34,670 nt of DNA from Phoronis australis (GCA_002633005.1 NMRA01001253.1:1-34670); one strand, 5' to 3'; shown: positions 1 to 11,934, counted from the stretch's first letter. The notes: a model not told the origin generated them from the sequence alone. Translations and numbers: made by a program.

Positions 1-1912
1 ACTTAATGAGTCAAAATAAACATAATGGGCCAGAACACACATACACTCCTGTAACAAAAATGTTACAGTATCGAATAGACTTCACCTGCATATACATGTA
101 AACAATCATTTTATCTAGCACTTACGTTCTAATTACACAGGTATTTCGCAAGTAGCTATTTATTGAGGTCATGCTCCACTAAAATACTGTTTCCTGCAAC
201 ATCCCATCGTTAATTACATGGTGAAATTATATACCGTGGCGGGTTATTTTCTTCCGGTATCATCCTTTTTGTCAGGCATTGAAACCGTATCTGTGTCATT
301 CGTTTTTCACCACTGGTTTCAGAGAAACTAAGAAATGCGTTCAGTAAGACTATTTGATAAATGTCTTATAATTTTTGCTCTTCGATGAGAAAACACGGTT
401 TCATGAGAACTAAAAAATTACTGAGCTACTCAGTCTGAGTTTATGGTACCTTTTCTAAAACATGGCTTGAATTTGAAATAATAGGGGGGCTGTGTCTTTC
501 AGCAGATCACACTGTTATAAACATTAATTGATCATGACTAAGAAATACTCAGAATTTTTTGTATGAACCACTGAACGTTCTCCTCTTTCAGGTATATCCC
601 TTTATACTAGCCAGCCACCCTGAAATAAAGCAGGTTACTAAGGCACAAAATGATGAAAATTTAAAACCTATCTAAACCGTCATAAAATGATTTCCATCCC
701 TCAGCCTGTCATTCAGGGCGTCATGTCAAGTGACTCTTCAATAAAACCGTTACTGTTGGAAATCAGTTCTTATCATGACAGGGGATACGTTTGTGGGAGT
801 GTATCGCCTGAATACTTCTGTAACTATGAACCGCTCCTTAACACATTTATTTACGGACTTTCGTTTCCTGGCTAGATTTTTTCTTGAAACCGTGTTTTTT
901 CACCGTAGCATATAAATCCCAAAATCGCCAGAACTTTTCCAGAGAACCCAAGTATGTATGAAATATTTCCATTATTTAAATTTCTTAGAAATCAGGAGGA
1001 AAAAGCAAATCATCCATTAGTGGTAGTTTATAACTCACTCACGACAAAACCGTTTTTAAAACTACTGTCCGACATACATCAATAAATGAAACTTTATAAT
1101 TTTTCGAACATTATGTATTTTATTTCAATCTTAAGAGTCCGATCTGGCCGCTAAAACCATTGAGCTATTCTGTCTCTCAGAGCATTAATCAATCACAAAA
1201 GTTGTAAACTACAACTATTTGTTTTGAACCTACTGATCTAAGTAACCTAGCCTTACCTCGAGTCATAGTACACTTACCACAAAGTGGAAGTCTTATAGTT
1301 CTCCCCAAACCAACGCAACACAAGAAGTGTTATCGCGCACAACGAACCATTACTGCAGAGGTTAAACTATACACTTACCATCCAACACTGATATTTATAC
1401 TAAAAATTGTCCGTGCTTAGTTTGGCGTTGTGTGTATAGTATTTTGTTGAGAGTCGTAGCATTAATTTGGCTCCTGTGGTAAGGGTTCCGCCAATTTTTC
1501 AGTTACCACTCCTTTGATTAAACCTGAATTTTGCCCTGTTTCGATTTCTTAAACTTGAAGTAGGAGCAGGCCTTTCGCTGTCATTCAGCCTGCTTCATAA
1601 TATTTTTTACCGTAATAGGATTCCATTTCCGTTTTCATGCGCCATTTTGAGCACACGGTTTTAAGGTTGGCCGTCACTCAGAAGTGGTGGCCAAGGCCAA
1701 CTCCAGTCTGAAACGTTTTCTTCAATAACAGCAGATGTTCTTGTTGATAACAGAAGTATACTCCTATCACGTCAAGGAATGAGCAATTTTATAGGAGTTA
1801 AATACTTAACTCGATTTTGTATATATATGTAATTTATGTTTGCCGATATCTCACTTTATTTTCAGGCATGGGCTCTAAACAGGTGTCAGTTATTTAAATC
1901 AACTCTGACCTA

Positions 1913-3053
1913 TCATCCTTCTTCAACATGTGCCACTGTTATTGTTGGTCGCCGCCGGTGACATGTTTTTCTGACCACTAACAGAACTAAGCCAGACGCC
2001 AGAGCGATGAAGACAATTGAACTTACAGCGATGACTGCAGCTAGTTCACCACCATCCAAATCACCAGAACTAGAAATCCCATCGTTTTGTCCTGTTATAT
2101 TCGTGGTCGTTGTCAGATATTTTCCTGTAGACTCTGTGCTTATTGATAAGTCTGTTGGTGCCAATGTTGTGGTTCTGATGGCTGTTGTAGATGTTGCTGT
2201 TTTTGCTGTTATCGTTGCTGCTGTTGTCACGCGCGCCGATGTTTGCTCTGTTATATTTGATGTCGTTGTCGTGCTCATTGATAAATCTGTTGACGTCAAT
2301 GTTGGCAATCTTGTGGCTGTTGAGGATGTTGCTGCTATTGCTGCTGTTGCTGTTATCGTTGCTTCTGTTGTTGCTATCACGTGGCCTGGTGTTTGAACTG
2401 TTGAACTTGAAATCGTTCTTGTACCTACGCTTTGTGCAGTTGTCCCTGGTTCTTGCGATGTGGTCCTCTGGCTTGTCAACGAATTCGCTGCAGCTGTTGA
2501 TGCCATTGTTTCTGAAGGTGTTTCGACAGTTGTCACTAACACCGTTGTTTCATTTTGTTGTCCTGAGGTTGCTTCTGCTTAAAGTTGGAAAATGGAGTCT
2601 ATGAGAAATTGTCACAAGCAATGTATATAGAATGTATAACTACGTTTGTTGAATGCACTCACATTCACTGTTCTCTTCCAGACACTCGTCGAACGTGACC
2701 CCCATATTTTACTCGGCACTTGACCCGTCTTAATTCAAATACTGGGTAAAGATTCTTAGTTCAAGTCAAGCATGACACACGATTGGTCACTATTCGAGTG
2801 GATCTTCTAATGAAGTTGAGTGATTCCGGGACATCATCTCCATCAACATCACACAACAAGCGCTTTTAAAAGAACGATGCGAATTTACACAACTGACATA
2901 AGGATGTCATTTTCAAGATGTTCCTAATTTTGTCGTCTTTTTTCACTCGCAGTAGATTGTTAAGGTGAACAAATTGCGTTTAAATGGTTGCTTACCTGCG
3001 ATTGCAATGAGAATTCCTGATACGCAAAGGATACACCTGATCGCAAACTCCAT
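1913..3053 (-). CDS. Mucin-like type I membrane protein, gene 1 copy A (simplest model: exons 3053-2996 and 2577-1913, ~240 aa)
   Basis: Exon 1 encodes MEFAIRCILCVSGILIAIA (signal peptide) and ends G|gtaagc (phase 1). Acceptor ccaactttaag|CA (NAGNAG, phase 1) joins in frame to ORF 1913..2542: Thr/Ser-rich stalk with two ~40-aa internal repeats, TM LAAVIAVSSIVFIALASGLVLLVV, tail RKTCHRRR. The intron holds decayed exon-like sequence, so the model is uncertain. Confidence 0.7.
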
Positions 3054-3854
3054 TCTGTCCAATCTGTCTAACGCAGCGCTCAACGAGAACTTTTATGATA
3101 ATTAAGATATACTTTATGACAATTCACGACTTTAACAAGATGTTATAAATAACTGATTAAAATGTTTTATTGTTTTACAGACCAATGTTTACTAATGTTT
3201 TAGAGATCAACAAGTTGTTTTGTTTCTTTATATTACGTCTGCATGTATTTTGATGTTCATGTACACGTATAAAGTATAACCTGATACAACACATAGCTCT
3301 TAAAATTTCTATAAAAATAATCAACCACCAAACTCACAAGCAATATTTTGTCGTTGTCATTTTCTCTTTTGAATCACCCGTTAACATACTGTCTTACGTT
3401 TATCAGTCATTCCATTACTTATCACGCGCCAAGAGGTTGATAAGTCAGTTGTAGCAACAGTGTTACCATAAAGTTGGCATACAGCAGGAGATAAATTTTT
3501 AAAAGGCTCCGTCATATCTGTTCCTATCTTCTTTTTAAAAGCATTCCTAAGCTTACCTCAGGTTTTCACCACAGTAGTCACAAAGGAGGTGAGAAATGAA
3601 TTTTTGTTTCACATAAGTCCTACATGAATCAAGCACTGCCTAAATACATCAATTCAATAATAAAATGTAAATACGTAAGCTTACTTGTCGGCTTGCTACC
3701 AAGACGACAATATATTTCGATTGGTGAGCTTCGAATCCTTTAAATTGTTTGTAAGAAAGGAAAAGGCGTAGATTGAAATTTTGTCGTCCAATCAGTGGTC
3801 CAAATGTTACAGCATCAAACGGCATTCAACTCATTTCGATAGTTAGAGACACAA

Positions 3855-6520
3855 TTACACCTTTTCTTTGTCTTTTTCCAGATGATCTGTCTTTTTACTA
3901 TTTTCACGGTCTTGCAGTCGAAACAAATTTTCCTGTTCATTTTCAGGTTCCGGAGACACAGTAGTCTTGTGACACGGCTTTTTGACAAAAACGACGATTG
4001 CACAGGCAACAAGCGCAATTCCCGCCAGCGCACTGGAAACACTGATGGCTGCTACCTCACCTCCGCTCAGACCTACTGGTGGTTCCGTTGGTAGAGTGGA
4101 GGTGTCTAATGCATGTGCTTTTGTTGTCACTGTGGCTATAGAAGGGAGAACGCTACTGTAACCAGTGGTTGTTGAAATTCGAAGATTTGTTGAAGTCTCT
4201 ACTATAGATTGGTTTCCAGTTGTAAAGGACGCGTTGAATGTAGCAGTTGCTTCAGCCTGATTGGTTGTTGAGGCTGGAATACTTGATCCAGTGGAATTTA
4301 CAATAGTACTTGTATTGACATTAGGCCTACTGGTTGTTGAGTTTGGTTCTCTCATCATTGTGGATGTGTTAAGGGCAACTGTACTGTTCACACTGGTTGC
4401 TGTGGCTTGAAGGAGAACGCTACTGTACACAGTGGTTGTTGACTTTTGCTCAGCTGCAGTGTTAGTGATAGTTTTCGAGGTTGTTGATTGGTTTGATGCA
4501 GATGAAGATGAACCTATGCCATTGTTAATTGTCGAACTTTTGGGTGTGACAATGGTAGTATTGGTTTTCGCAATTGACGATTGGTTTGATGTAAATGTCG
4601 TCTTGCTTGTAGCAACTACACTGGTATTGTTCATTGCATTCGCCAATGGAACTTGCAGCACGCTTGACAGTGCAATCAACATCATCCCCACTGATCTTGC
4701 ATCTGCTGTTCTATGAGATGATGACGAAAAAACTACAAAAAATATTGTATCGGAATGAAAGTGATATCATATCGGTGAGAAAAGTGTTTTTCGAAGGTCA
4801 GCTAGTCACAACCTCAGCGCTCGCATATCATATCAGTGAGAGAAGTGGTTTCCTAACATCAACTCTTCACAACCTCAGCATTCGCAGCCGAACACTATGG
4901 TGGCTGCGACAAATCATGTATGATAAGGACAGATTATTTAAAGCGAATGGTAGGCAGACAACGTAAAGAATGCATTAGCGTTTCAAATATAACATTACGG
5001 ATTTCTCAAATGAACTGTATTGTGTTACGACATGACTGGTTAATAACGCCGAGTACGTAATATGTTTGATATTACAGGGGCGAATCACACGGTCGGGCAA
5101 AGTAGAAATCTATGCGCCTTGCATTTGGTCGTGTGCAAAACACTAATACAAGTGACTCCTAGTGTTAATTTTTCGTACCCCTTTGTCTGCTTTGTTCAAA
5201 ATCGACTATTTGTGCGGCCATTGTGTTTGAGCGCCGCTAACTATTTTTTGGGGTGTGGCCATCTGGTGTAGAGGTACCGGCGGCCATGACGTTTTGAGGT
5301 CCGACCAATAAGTTAGAACACCAGCCGTTGGGTTTTGCAGTCCAACCAGCAGGTTTTGCATGGGCGCCGTAGCACTGAAAAAGGTGGAGGTTATAGCCCT
5401 CCTGTGGTACACCGTTCATACACCATGGGCGATGCAGCACTGAAAAAAAGTGGAGCTATAGCCCCNCAGCCCCCTATGGTGTGTCGCCCATGTATTGAAG
5501 TCCGACCAGTTGTTGATTCCCCTTGATAAACCTAGTTTCTCATGAGGAAAGTATGATCTTGCAAGACATTGCAAAATCAAGCCAAGTGTTTCGCAAAATG
5601 GCAGCCGACGAGGTAAATTGGTCGGCGAAGATGAAGCGTTTAAATGTAGGATTGAAGTCATTGTTTTTGTTCCGTCAGCGAAGGGTTTTCGCCGCAAGCT
5701 AGTACATTTAAAGCTGGCATCTTGCGGTCTACGACACTCAACCCAAATTGCTGCCCAATGAAGACCTCCGGCTTACAGACCAATCAGATATGCGTGTTTT
5801 AACCGGGTGACCCTGCGGAACCGGCGAAGTCGACCAAGTGCTAGCGCTGCTCCGCGTTAAAAGGCTAATACAACATCAAGCTGAAATTATCGGCCGATAT
5901 ATGTTCACAAAAAGTAATCTTCACTGTTATTCAACATTCAGGGTCATTTTATTGCTGCACCAACAGAACTTCAAAACTCAAGTTCTGTAGTCTAAGTAAA
6001 TTACCAGATTGTTTATAAGATTTGATTTTAACCACTTTTGGAAAAACAGTAATTTGTAATTTTCACTTATGAAAGTGCAAAATATGACGAGGACGAGGTA
6101 GTCGACGAATTTTGGGTTCGTACTCTAGTGGTGAACCAGTTTACTACAGAAGTGAAACATCCTGTAACAGGGGATTTGCACTTGTTAAAGAATGTATTTT
6201 CGATTGAAATCAACAATGATGCAACTTTCAGGTAACTTACGGTGTCAATACCATGTAAACTGACACATTCTAGTGCAATTTTTCAAAGAGGGGTTCCTTT
6301 TTTCTCTCTTAATGTCTCGAACTGTTTACACCGAGAATGGCACCTCCTGTTTCGTTACAGATCTAAGTCATTGTCTAATACGTAGGCCGCACAATCCAAA
6401 TTCAAGTATTTAACTCTGAAATACTATTCATGGGATGACCTAATATTCGTACATTCATTGACTCTAAATGTAATAAACAATATGAAAGTAAATGTTTACT
6501 TTACCTGCTTTAATTCTCAT
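3855..6520 (-). CDS. Mucin-like type I membrane glycoprotein, gene 2 copy A (exons 6520-6505 and 4732-3855, ~297 aa)
   Basis: Mini-exon ATG AGA ATT AAA GCA G|gtaaag. Acceptor ttttttgtag|TT is phase 1 and in frame with ORF 3855..4691. S/T/N-rich ectodomain with 12 N-x-S/T sequons by manual count, TM after GLSGGEVAA, tail KKPCHK...KDKEKV. Confidence 0.75.
4764..4885. repeat. Two-copy 61-bp tandem repeat in the gene 2A intron
   Basis: atatcatatc(g/a)gtgaga(a/g)aagtg...cacaacctcagc..tcgc starts at 4764 and at 4825; not recognisable in copy B. Confidence 0.8.
5359..5492. mobile_element. Small MITE with CATGGGCG termini, internally duplicated
   Basis: catgggcg at 5359 (repeated at 5424) and cgcccatg ending at 5492. 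Two copies of gcactgaaaaa.gtggag.tatagccc. Flanks ttttg / tattg could be an imperfect 5-bp TSD. Confidence 0.5.
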
Positions 6521-8674
6521 TTTTCTGTCAGTTGTCAAATTTAGTGACTGATCAACGGAGCAACTTCTTTTCAAATTATTCGACTGAGTTCTTCACTTAT
6601 TCGCTACTTCTCGGTGTTGCACCTTTTAACTAATGTGATAACTTGCTTACGATTATTTTATTGTGATAGTATTTTTATCAAAAAGTGTACCGGGGGTATT
6701 CGACTATATTTTTGGGAGGTGCAGCTGAAAAACTGAGATACCCATCCATTTGATTCCGTAATTCTGATCCTTTCGTAGGGATTATTGGCCACCTTGAAAC
6801 AAAAGACATACTAGAAAAATTAAAATGAAAATTTATGAGTAGAGATTTTGTAAACACTTGTTACAAGTTCTCCAAGTGGAAGAGAAACCTTAGAGTTTCT
6901 TTCGTACACTTTTATAGGGAATCTTGACAACAAAAGCACACTGTAGTAGGGAAAGTAGTGAAATTCGTCCATCGGAGCAGCATCTCCGATATGCTTCTTC
7001 TATGAGAGTACCTCCGGAAAAGTATCCGTCTCTTTTTCTTGTAGTTGTGGCTTTATCTATAAGAGTGTTCAATCCGAGAGTTCTGATTGGGCCAAGTTAC
7101 CATTCGACGTAATGAATATCGGACGCAAAACATGCGATTAAACTTGTCGGTGGCGGATTTCGACTGAGATTAAAACTGCCTGTCAAGCCCATTTAAATAA
7201 TCTTTGTTTTTATCAACATGGAAATGAGTAGAAAATGAAAAATAACGCACAGCATGCTTTATCTATAAATTAACAAAGTATTTCAAATTGAAAAGTAGTT
7301 GGCACGTTGTACTCAGATCTGATACCGTGCTTGATCAGGCTTTTAGAAAAACATCAATATTTGAATATTTACATCAGTTTTCAATTCTCCTTTCTTCAAA
7401 TGCACCTATTATTGAGAATCTCTGCAAAATGTAGTAATTGCAAAGATTTTATAGAATTTTTGGTAAATGTTTGCGACAAAGTCACACGGAAATGAACGAT
7501 CTTGTGTCGATCGACCTTGGTGTGTGGAAACGAAATGATTTTATTGCGCAGTAGAAAATTTAGCCAGGTGTCGCCAGTGAATAATGACGTAAGGGCTTGT
7601 GCGTAAGCTAACAGATTTTGTCCAATGAAAGTATACGGAGTTGGCGGTCCATGTACTATAGTCTATGGTAGAAACGGAATGATTTTATTGCGCAGTAGAT
7701 TTCTTAATGATTTGCGATAAGTTTTATCAGTGAATTGTTTACTTATCTAACCTAAGAGTAGACGCGTCGCAGTAGCTGTTGCAACATCTTGACTCTAAGG
7801 TTGATAAAATCCAAAATTATATACGTAACAGTTTTTCGAGAGCTTTTTATGTTGCTTCTGAAAAAAATTCCCTTTAAATCATGGACTAAAATCTCAACTC
7901 TTTACTATCTATGACAGTAATCTGCAAGAGGGCGATAAAGGTCTGGTAGAGGGAGCTCAAAGGGATTCCAATAAGTTAATTGGGAATGCTGTAACTAAAA
8001 TGCGGTTTTTCATTTCAATAGCCCTACATTACAAGTGAAAAATCAACAATTTTCTTCGACTGGACAATGACTTTTTTCGCAATTCTTTTTGAAGATAAGG
8101 ACAACACAACTTTCTTTCAAACTACAATATCTCCTAAATATACTAATTTTATAGTTTTTCTGAAGTTTCCGTCTTACGGTATGAGCACGTTTCTAGGTAC
8201 ATGCAATTTAACCGAAATGACGCAGTTTTTAAAAAAGAAACGTTTCTCAAGTGTCGCATATAGCCACCCAAGTTCCGTATATAGGTGCGAGAGCTATCCT
8301 TTGTACGAGTACATGTCTTAAAGTTACATTTTCTTGCATTTCCTTTCCTTATTGATACTCTCTCATTCAGTAATTAGGGTTAAATTGAATCCAGATTTAT
8401 TTTGTAACGAATAACTCCACTTTGAACAAGAATTGGAGTAGAGACCAGGAATTCATGTGTGTGCTTGGAAATCCTTACGACTTTTCATTGACAGTTTTTC
8501 CTCAAATGTTTCGCACATATAGGTGAATCCGCTCTTTTATTTGTTCCACTTATTGAGGCAGGCTCTCATTCGTTGTCTTTGCCTCTTTTGTCTACTCTTA
8601 GTATTTTTCAACAAAATGGTTGTAACAAAGTTCAAATGAAACCACACCAACATCTATCATTTCTCAAAGAGTAA

Positions 8675-8830
8675 CAGTGGCGGATTCAGAGGGGGGCCAA
8701 GGGGCCATGGCCCCCTAAAATTCTCTCAGGTTCCATTTGGCAGTTCGGGGGTGCGAATTTCTGACGGACAAAATCCTGGCTAATTCTCTGCCCTGGCCCC
8801 CCTTAACTCAAAATCCTGGATCCGCCCCTG
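8675..8830. mobile_element. 156-bp MITE with imperfect 15-bp TIRs and a 5-bp TSD (AGTAA)
   Basis: TIRs cagtggcggattcag ... ctggatccgcccctg. agtaa lies at 8670-8674 and 8831-8835. Copy B has the empty site with a single agtaa (~32604). Confidence 0.92.
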
Positions 8831-9730
8831 AGTAAGTCTGAATCTGTTTCACTCGTTATTTTGAAATGTTGCTCCTTAGGTTCACTCATGTGTTTCACTT
8901 GTAGCCATATGTGACTAGTTTTGAACATAGGCACAGCGTCAAATTTAGGCGCATGGGCTTAAATACGCACATATACTGAATCAATTCTGATCAATGCTCA
9001 CTTTAAAGCGGCAAATTTCAGTCTGTGTGACGAACAACGTTTTTTTCAAGTAGCCGGCTGCACTATTAGTAGCCGTAAAAGATGAAAAATTGACTTGGAA
9101 TCAGTTTCAATAGACTATGTGCACGGTTTTTGAAGTCTTTGGCAAAGTATACTGTTTTTATTGTCATACTTGCACATCCTGTCGAATAGATAGTTGGAGC
9201 TGACTCGACCTTGTTTTTCAAGCCCAAAATAGGCTTGTATTACAGACAAAGAACGTTATCTGCAGTCGTGCGACCCCTATTACTGTGCTGTTGCCTTTTG
9301 AAAGGAATCGTGTATTCTTTTTCACATTCCTTGAGATAATACTTGCCCTGCTGCGTCCTCATAATGAGCTTATTGAAAGGCGCTTTTATGCTGCATTTTT
9401 CGGTAGATATAAATTTACAAGGTACCTTAAGACAGCTTGGTAAACTGAGACGTTTCCGCCTCCTATGAATGGCTGTCGTGTCAAGAGATTGCAAGTACCG
9501 AGTTCTACGCAACATACTGAATAACAATGCTTTAGCATATTTCAATATTTAATTCACAACAAATGTAAAAAAGACAACTATGTACAAATTCTCATCGTCA
9601 CTTTACAGAACAACACAGTATCCGGTATTTTCACTGGTTTTCACGGCTTATGCGACACGGAATCCAATGCACGGAAGCGTTTCGACAGCATCGTTTCCAC
9701 GATTCCAGTTTCATGTTACTAATCAGATAG

Positions 9731-10095
9731 TTAAAGGAGAATGCCACCAGATTTGATTAGCCTTTTTGCCGTCAAAATCGGTCTATATCCACATCGCCTC
9801 GCATACGGTCGGCCTTACCTTGCCAAGAGGTGTCGCGTTAACCTGTGAGGAAGGTGAGAAACGACGCTAGCGACGTCAGTGGTTCATACGCAGATTGAAT
9901 GCCGCTATGTTGCGGTGCATATTTCCCGCTTGTCCGAACTAAGCAGCTGCGAGGAAAGCGGGTACATCGTTTTTTTACTTCCTCAAGAGTCCGAAATGCT
10001 TAGGAAGTGGCTCATGGTAGTGAAGAATAAAATGTACGCTGTAAATAGCAAGTATGAGGACGTGAAACCTCTCCTTGTCTGTGGCCTGCAGACGT
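9731..10095 (+). mobile_element. Degenerate THAP-domain DNA transposon left end (Kolobok-like)
   Basis: Begins TTAA-AGGAGAATGCC. From ATG 9899, allowing frameshifts: MPLCCGA..CPN...AG.SFF..PQESEMLRKW...VCGL, matching the THAP C-C..P..W..C-x2-H layout with the His lost. TTAA targets and THAP are known Kolobok features. Confidence 0.6.
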
Positions 10096-10488
10096 CGACA
10101 GTGCCTGACGAATGCCGGCTTACCAAATAACTCCATACGTTTCGTTGTCTGAGCTTGTTCACGGCTTCTCTCTCGAATTGATAGCCTGTAAAACTTAACG
10201 ATCCACCTGCGAAGTCGGGACTGATAAGCTCTAGCTCGTCCTATGTCGGGAATGGAAGTACCCATGTTGGCGTTTATTACTGATCATTCTGTTTCAAAAT
10301 GAATCATTCTCACCCTAACCAATACTTACATAAAACTGAAACAAAGTCTGCTTCATTAGATGCAATTTTTAATGCCTTTACAGTGTTCGTGAGTGCAAAT
10401 GATTTGAGAAGCCAGCAGTGAATAAATCACTGCGTTACCGGCTTTAGGTGCAATAAAACTAATGACGGGACTCCTAGGCCGTGTGAGC

Positions 10489-11520
10489 TCATGCTACGAA
10501 TTTAGTGTTTGCTGGCAGAAACTGTTGTGAAACAACTCGATTTCCATCCCACGGCCAGGTGTTAGAGTAATCTTTATTTACATTTACATTACTCAAATAA
10601 TAATTGTCAATGTAAAACTTCTGCCCTGACGGTGCTGTGGCCAAAGCGGAAACTGAGTTCGCGGCCCCCAACGAGTAAGTAGATTTGCAGTTTCGTGACT
10701 AATTCACCAACATAATCAGGTGCACACTACTTTGGCTCACTAGTATAGTATTTTCTTGACTAGAAGTTTAGTTTCCACTGAACTTTGGCTGGTTTATGTT
10801 CGTGATGTCTGATCAGTTTCCGAGCCACTAGCGGGGGCTATAACGAGTCAAGTCACTGGCCAGGCTAACAAGCGTTTTGTGTTTAGAACTCAAAAAATCA
10901 CAAGTCTAAACAACACAGATCTAGGTTCTCCTGTCTGTATCTCACGGAAATTACTTCGAAATTATCTCCGAACAGACCCCAAACTCCTGCTACGGACCTT
11001 ATTGGCCTGCCGAACTTTGTAGGCTGCGATGTGTCCAAATACCAATAAATCCGTAAGAGCAAAATAAAACAACACGTTTTTGTAAAAACTCGGTATATTT
11101 TTAAGGGTTTTACATCAAAGTTTGATGATTTATTGGTGTTAAACGATGACTTCAAGCGATAAGCTGACACCAGTAAACCGTGTTGTGAACTGCTGAACAG
11201 ACTGCGTGTGAAACCGATGACGTCATTGGATAATTTCAACACCTCCGTCTGCCGTCAGGTGTCAGGTAACGCAACCGTACGTGTTGTTATGGAGTAGAAC
11301 TACTCGATCTAAATTGATACAAATTCGGTTGTTTTTTTGATGGCATGCACCTTTAAGGCGTGCGTCGCCCTCTAACCAACCATCTTTTTCGCAGTGACTT
11401 TATCGACCCATCAGCATGGTTTTTCGACGACTCCATGCACGCTGCATCCGCTTACTTCTTAAAGCAATCCACCGGCATAATTCAGTCACCCGTGATCCAT
11501 TCACTTTTGGAACTTTGGAA
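10489..11520 (-). pseudogene. Decayed multi-exon gene fragment, possibly hemopexin-like beta-propeller repeats
   Basis: Exon-like blocks: IYWYLDTSQPTKFGRPIRSVAGVWGLFGDNFEV, SVSALATAPSGQKFYIDNYYLS...WPWDG and ADAAC. In-frame stops are present; candidate GT-AG introns are 10699-10740 and 11309-11350. Family call rests on motif resemblance only. Confidence 0.4.
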
Positions 11521-11934
11521 CTGAAAGCAATCAACAAGTGTAAAATAAATGATGAAAAAAATAGTGTTTGCATGTAGTTTGCCGGCGTGTATTACGCAAA
11601 ATTCTGAGTGAGCATAGATTAATCAAAACTGGTACTGCAGCTGGTTCTCGAAGCTATAAAAAGCTTAAAAGGCCGTGGTAGTATTTATCTACCCCTCCAT
11701 GGTCAACAACAAATTACCCCCTGTCACGTTTTTCCCCGTGTGTGGGTGGGCGCAGGTTGTTACAGACCGGTGCTAATAGCTTTCGGTGCGAAGATTGACT
11801 GAAGACTGGTTCGAGTTAATCCTTTATTAATCCCGACCGTACGTTCACAAGCCTACTCAAACAAAACGTCCGACGTAATGTCTGTTTATGCTCCAGCCAG
11901 TGCTGCGAAGCCTTGACTTGTATTGAACTTCTGA

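Larger units (their letters stand above)
1..10013 (+). repeat. Segmental duplication, copy A (left edge runs off the window)
   Basis: Colinear with 19919-33792. Anchors: 1 acttaatgagtcaaaataaacataatgggccagaacacac vs 19919 acttagtgagtcaaaataagcataatgggccagaacacac; ORF 687..875 vs 20625..20813; last match ccgaaatgcttaggaagtggctc (~10013) vs ccgaaatgcttaagaagtgactc (~33792). Confidence 0.95.

Noticed and set aside
2007-2604. Plus-strand Val/Leu-rich ORFs (also 4432..4716, 21685..22139, 24750..25652)
   Set aside because: Antisense shadows of Thr/Ser codon runs in the minus-strand mucin exons.
2850-2900. Saposin-like domain suggested by CQLCK
   Set aside because: The remaining cysteine spacing does not match SapB.
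7060-7200. CCAAT-containing block well conserved between copies upstream of gene 2, as a promoter
   Set aside because: Cannot be separated from general duplication identity or a shared repeat without TSS data.
8900-9545. Another decayed minus-strand gene around ORF 9240..9545 (and ~32700-33310)
   Set aside because: Some splice-like signals are present, but no consistent model could be built without implausibly short introns and many stops.
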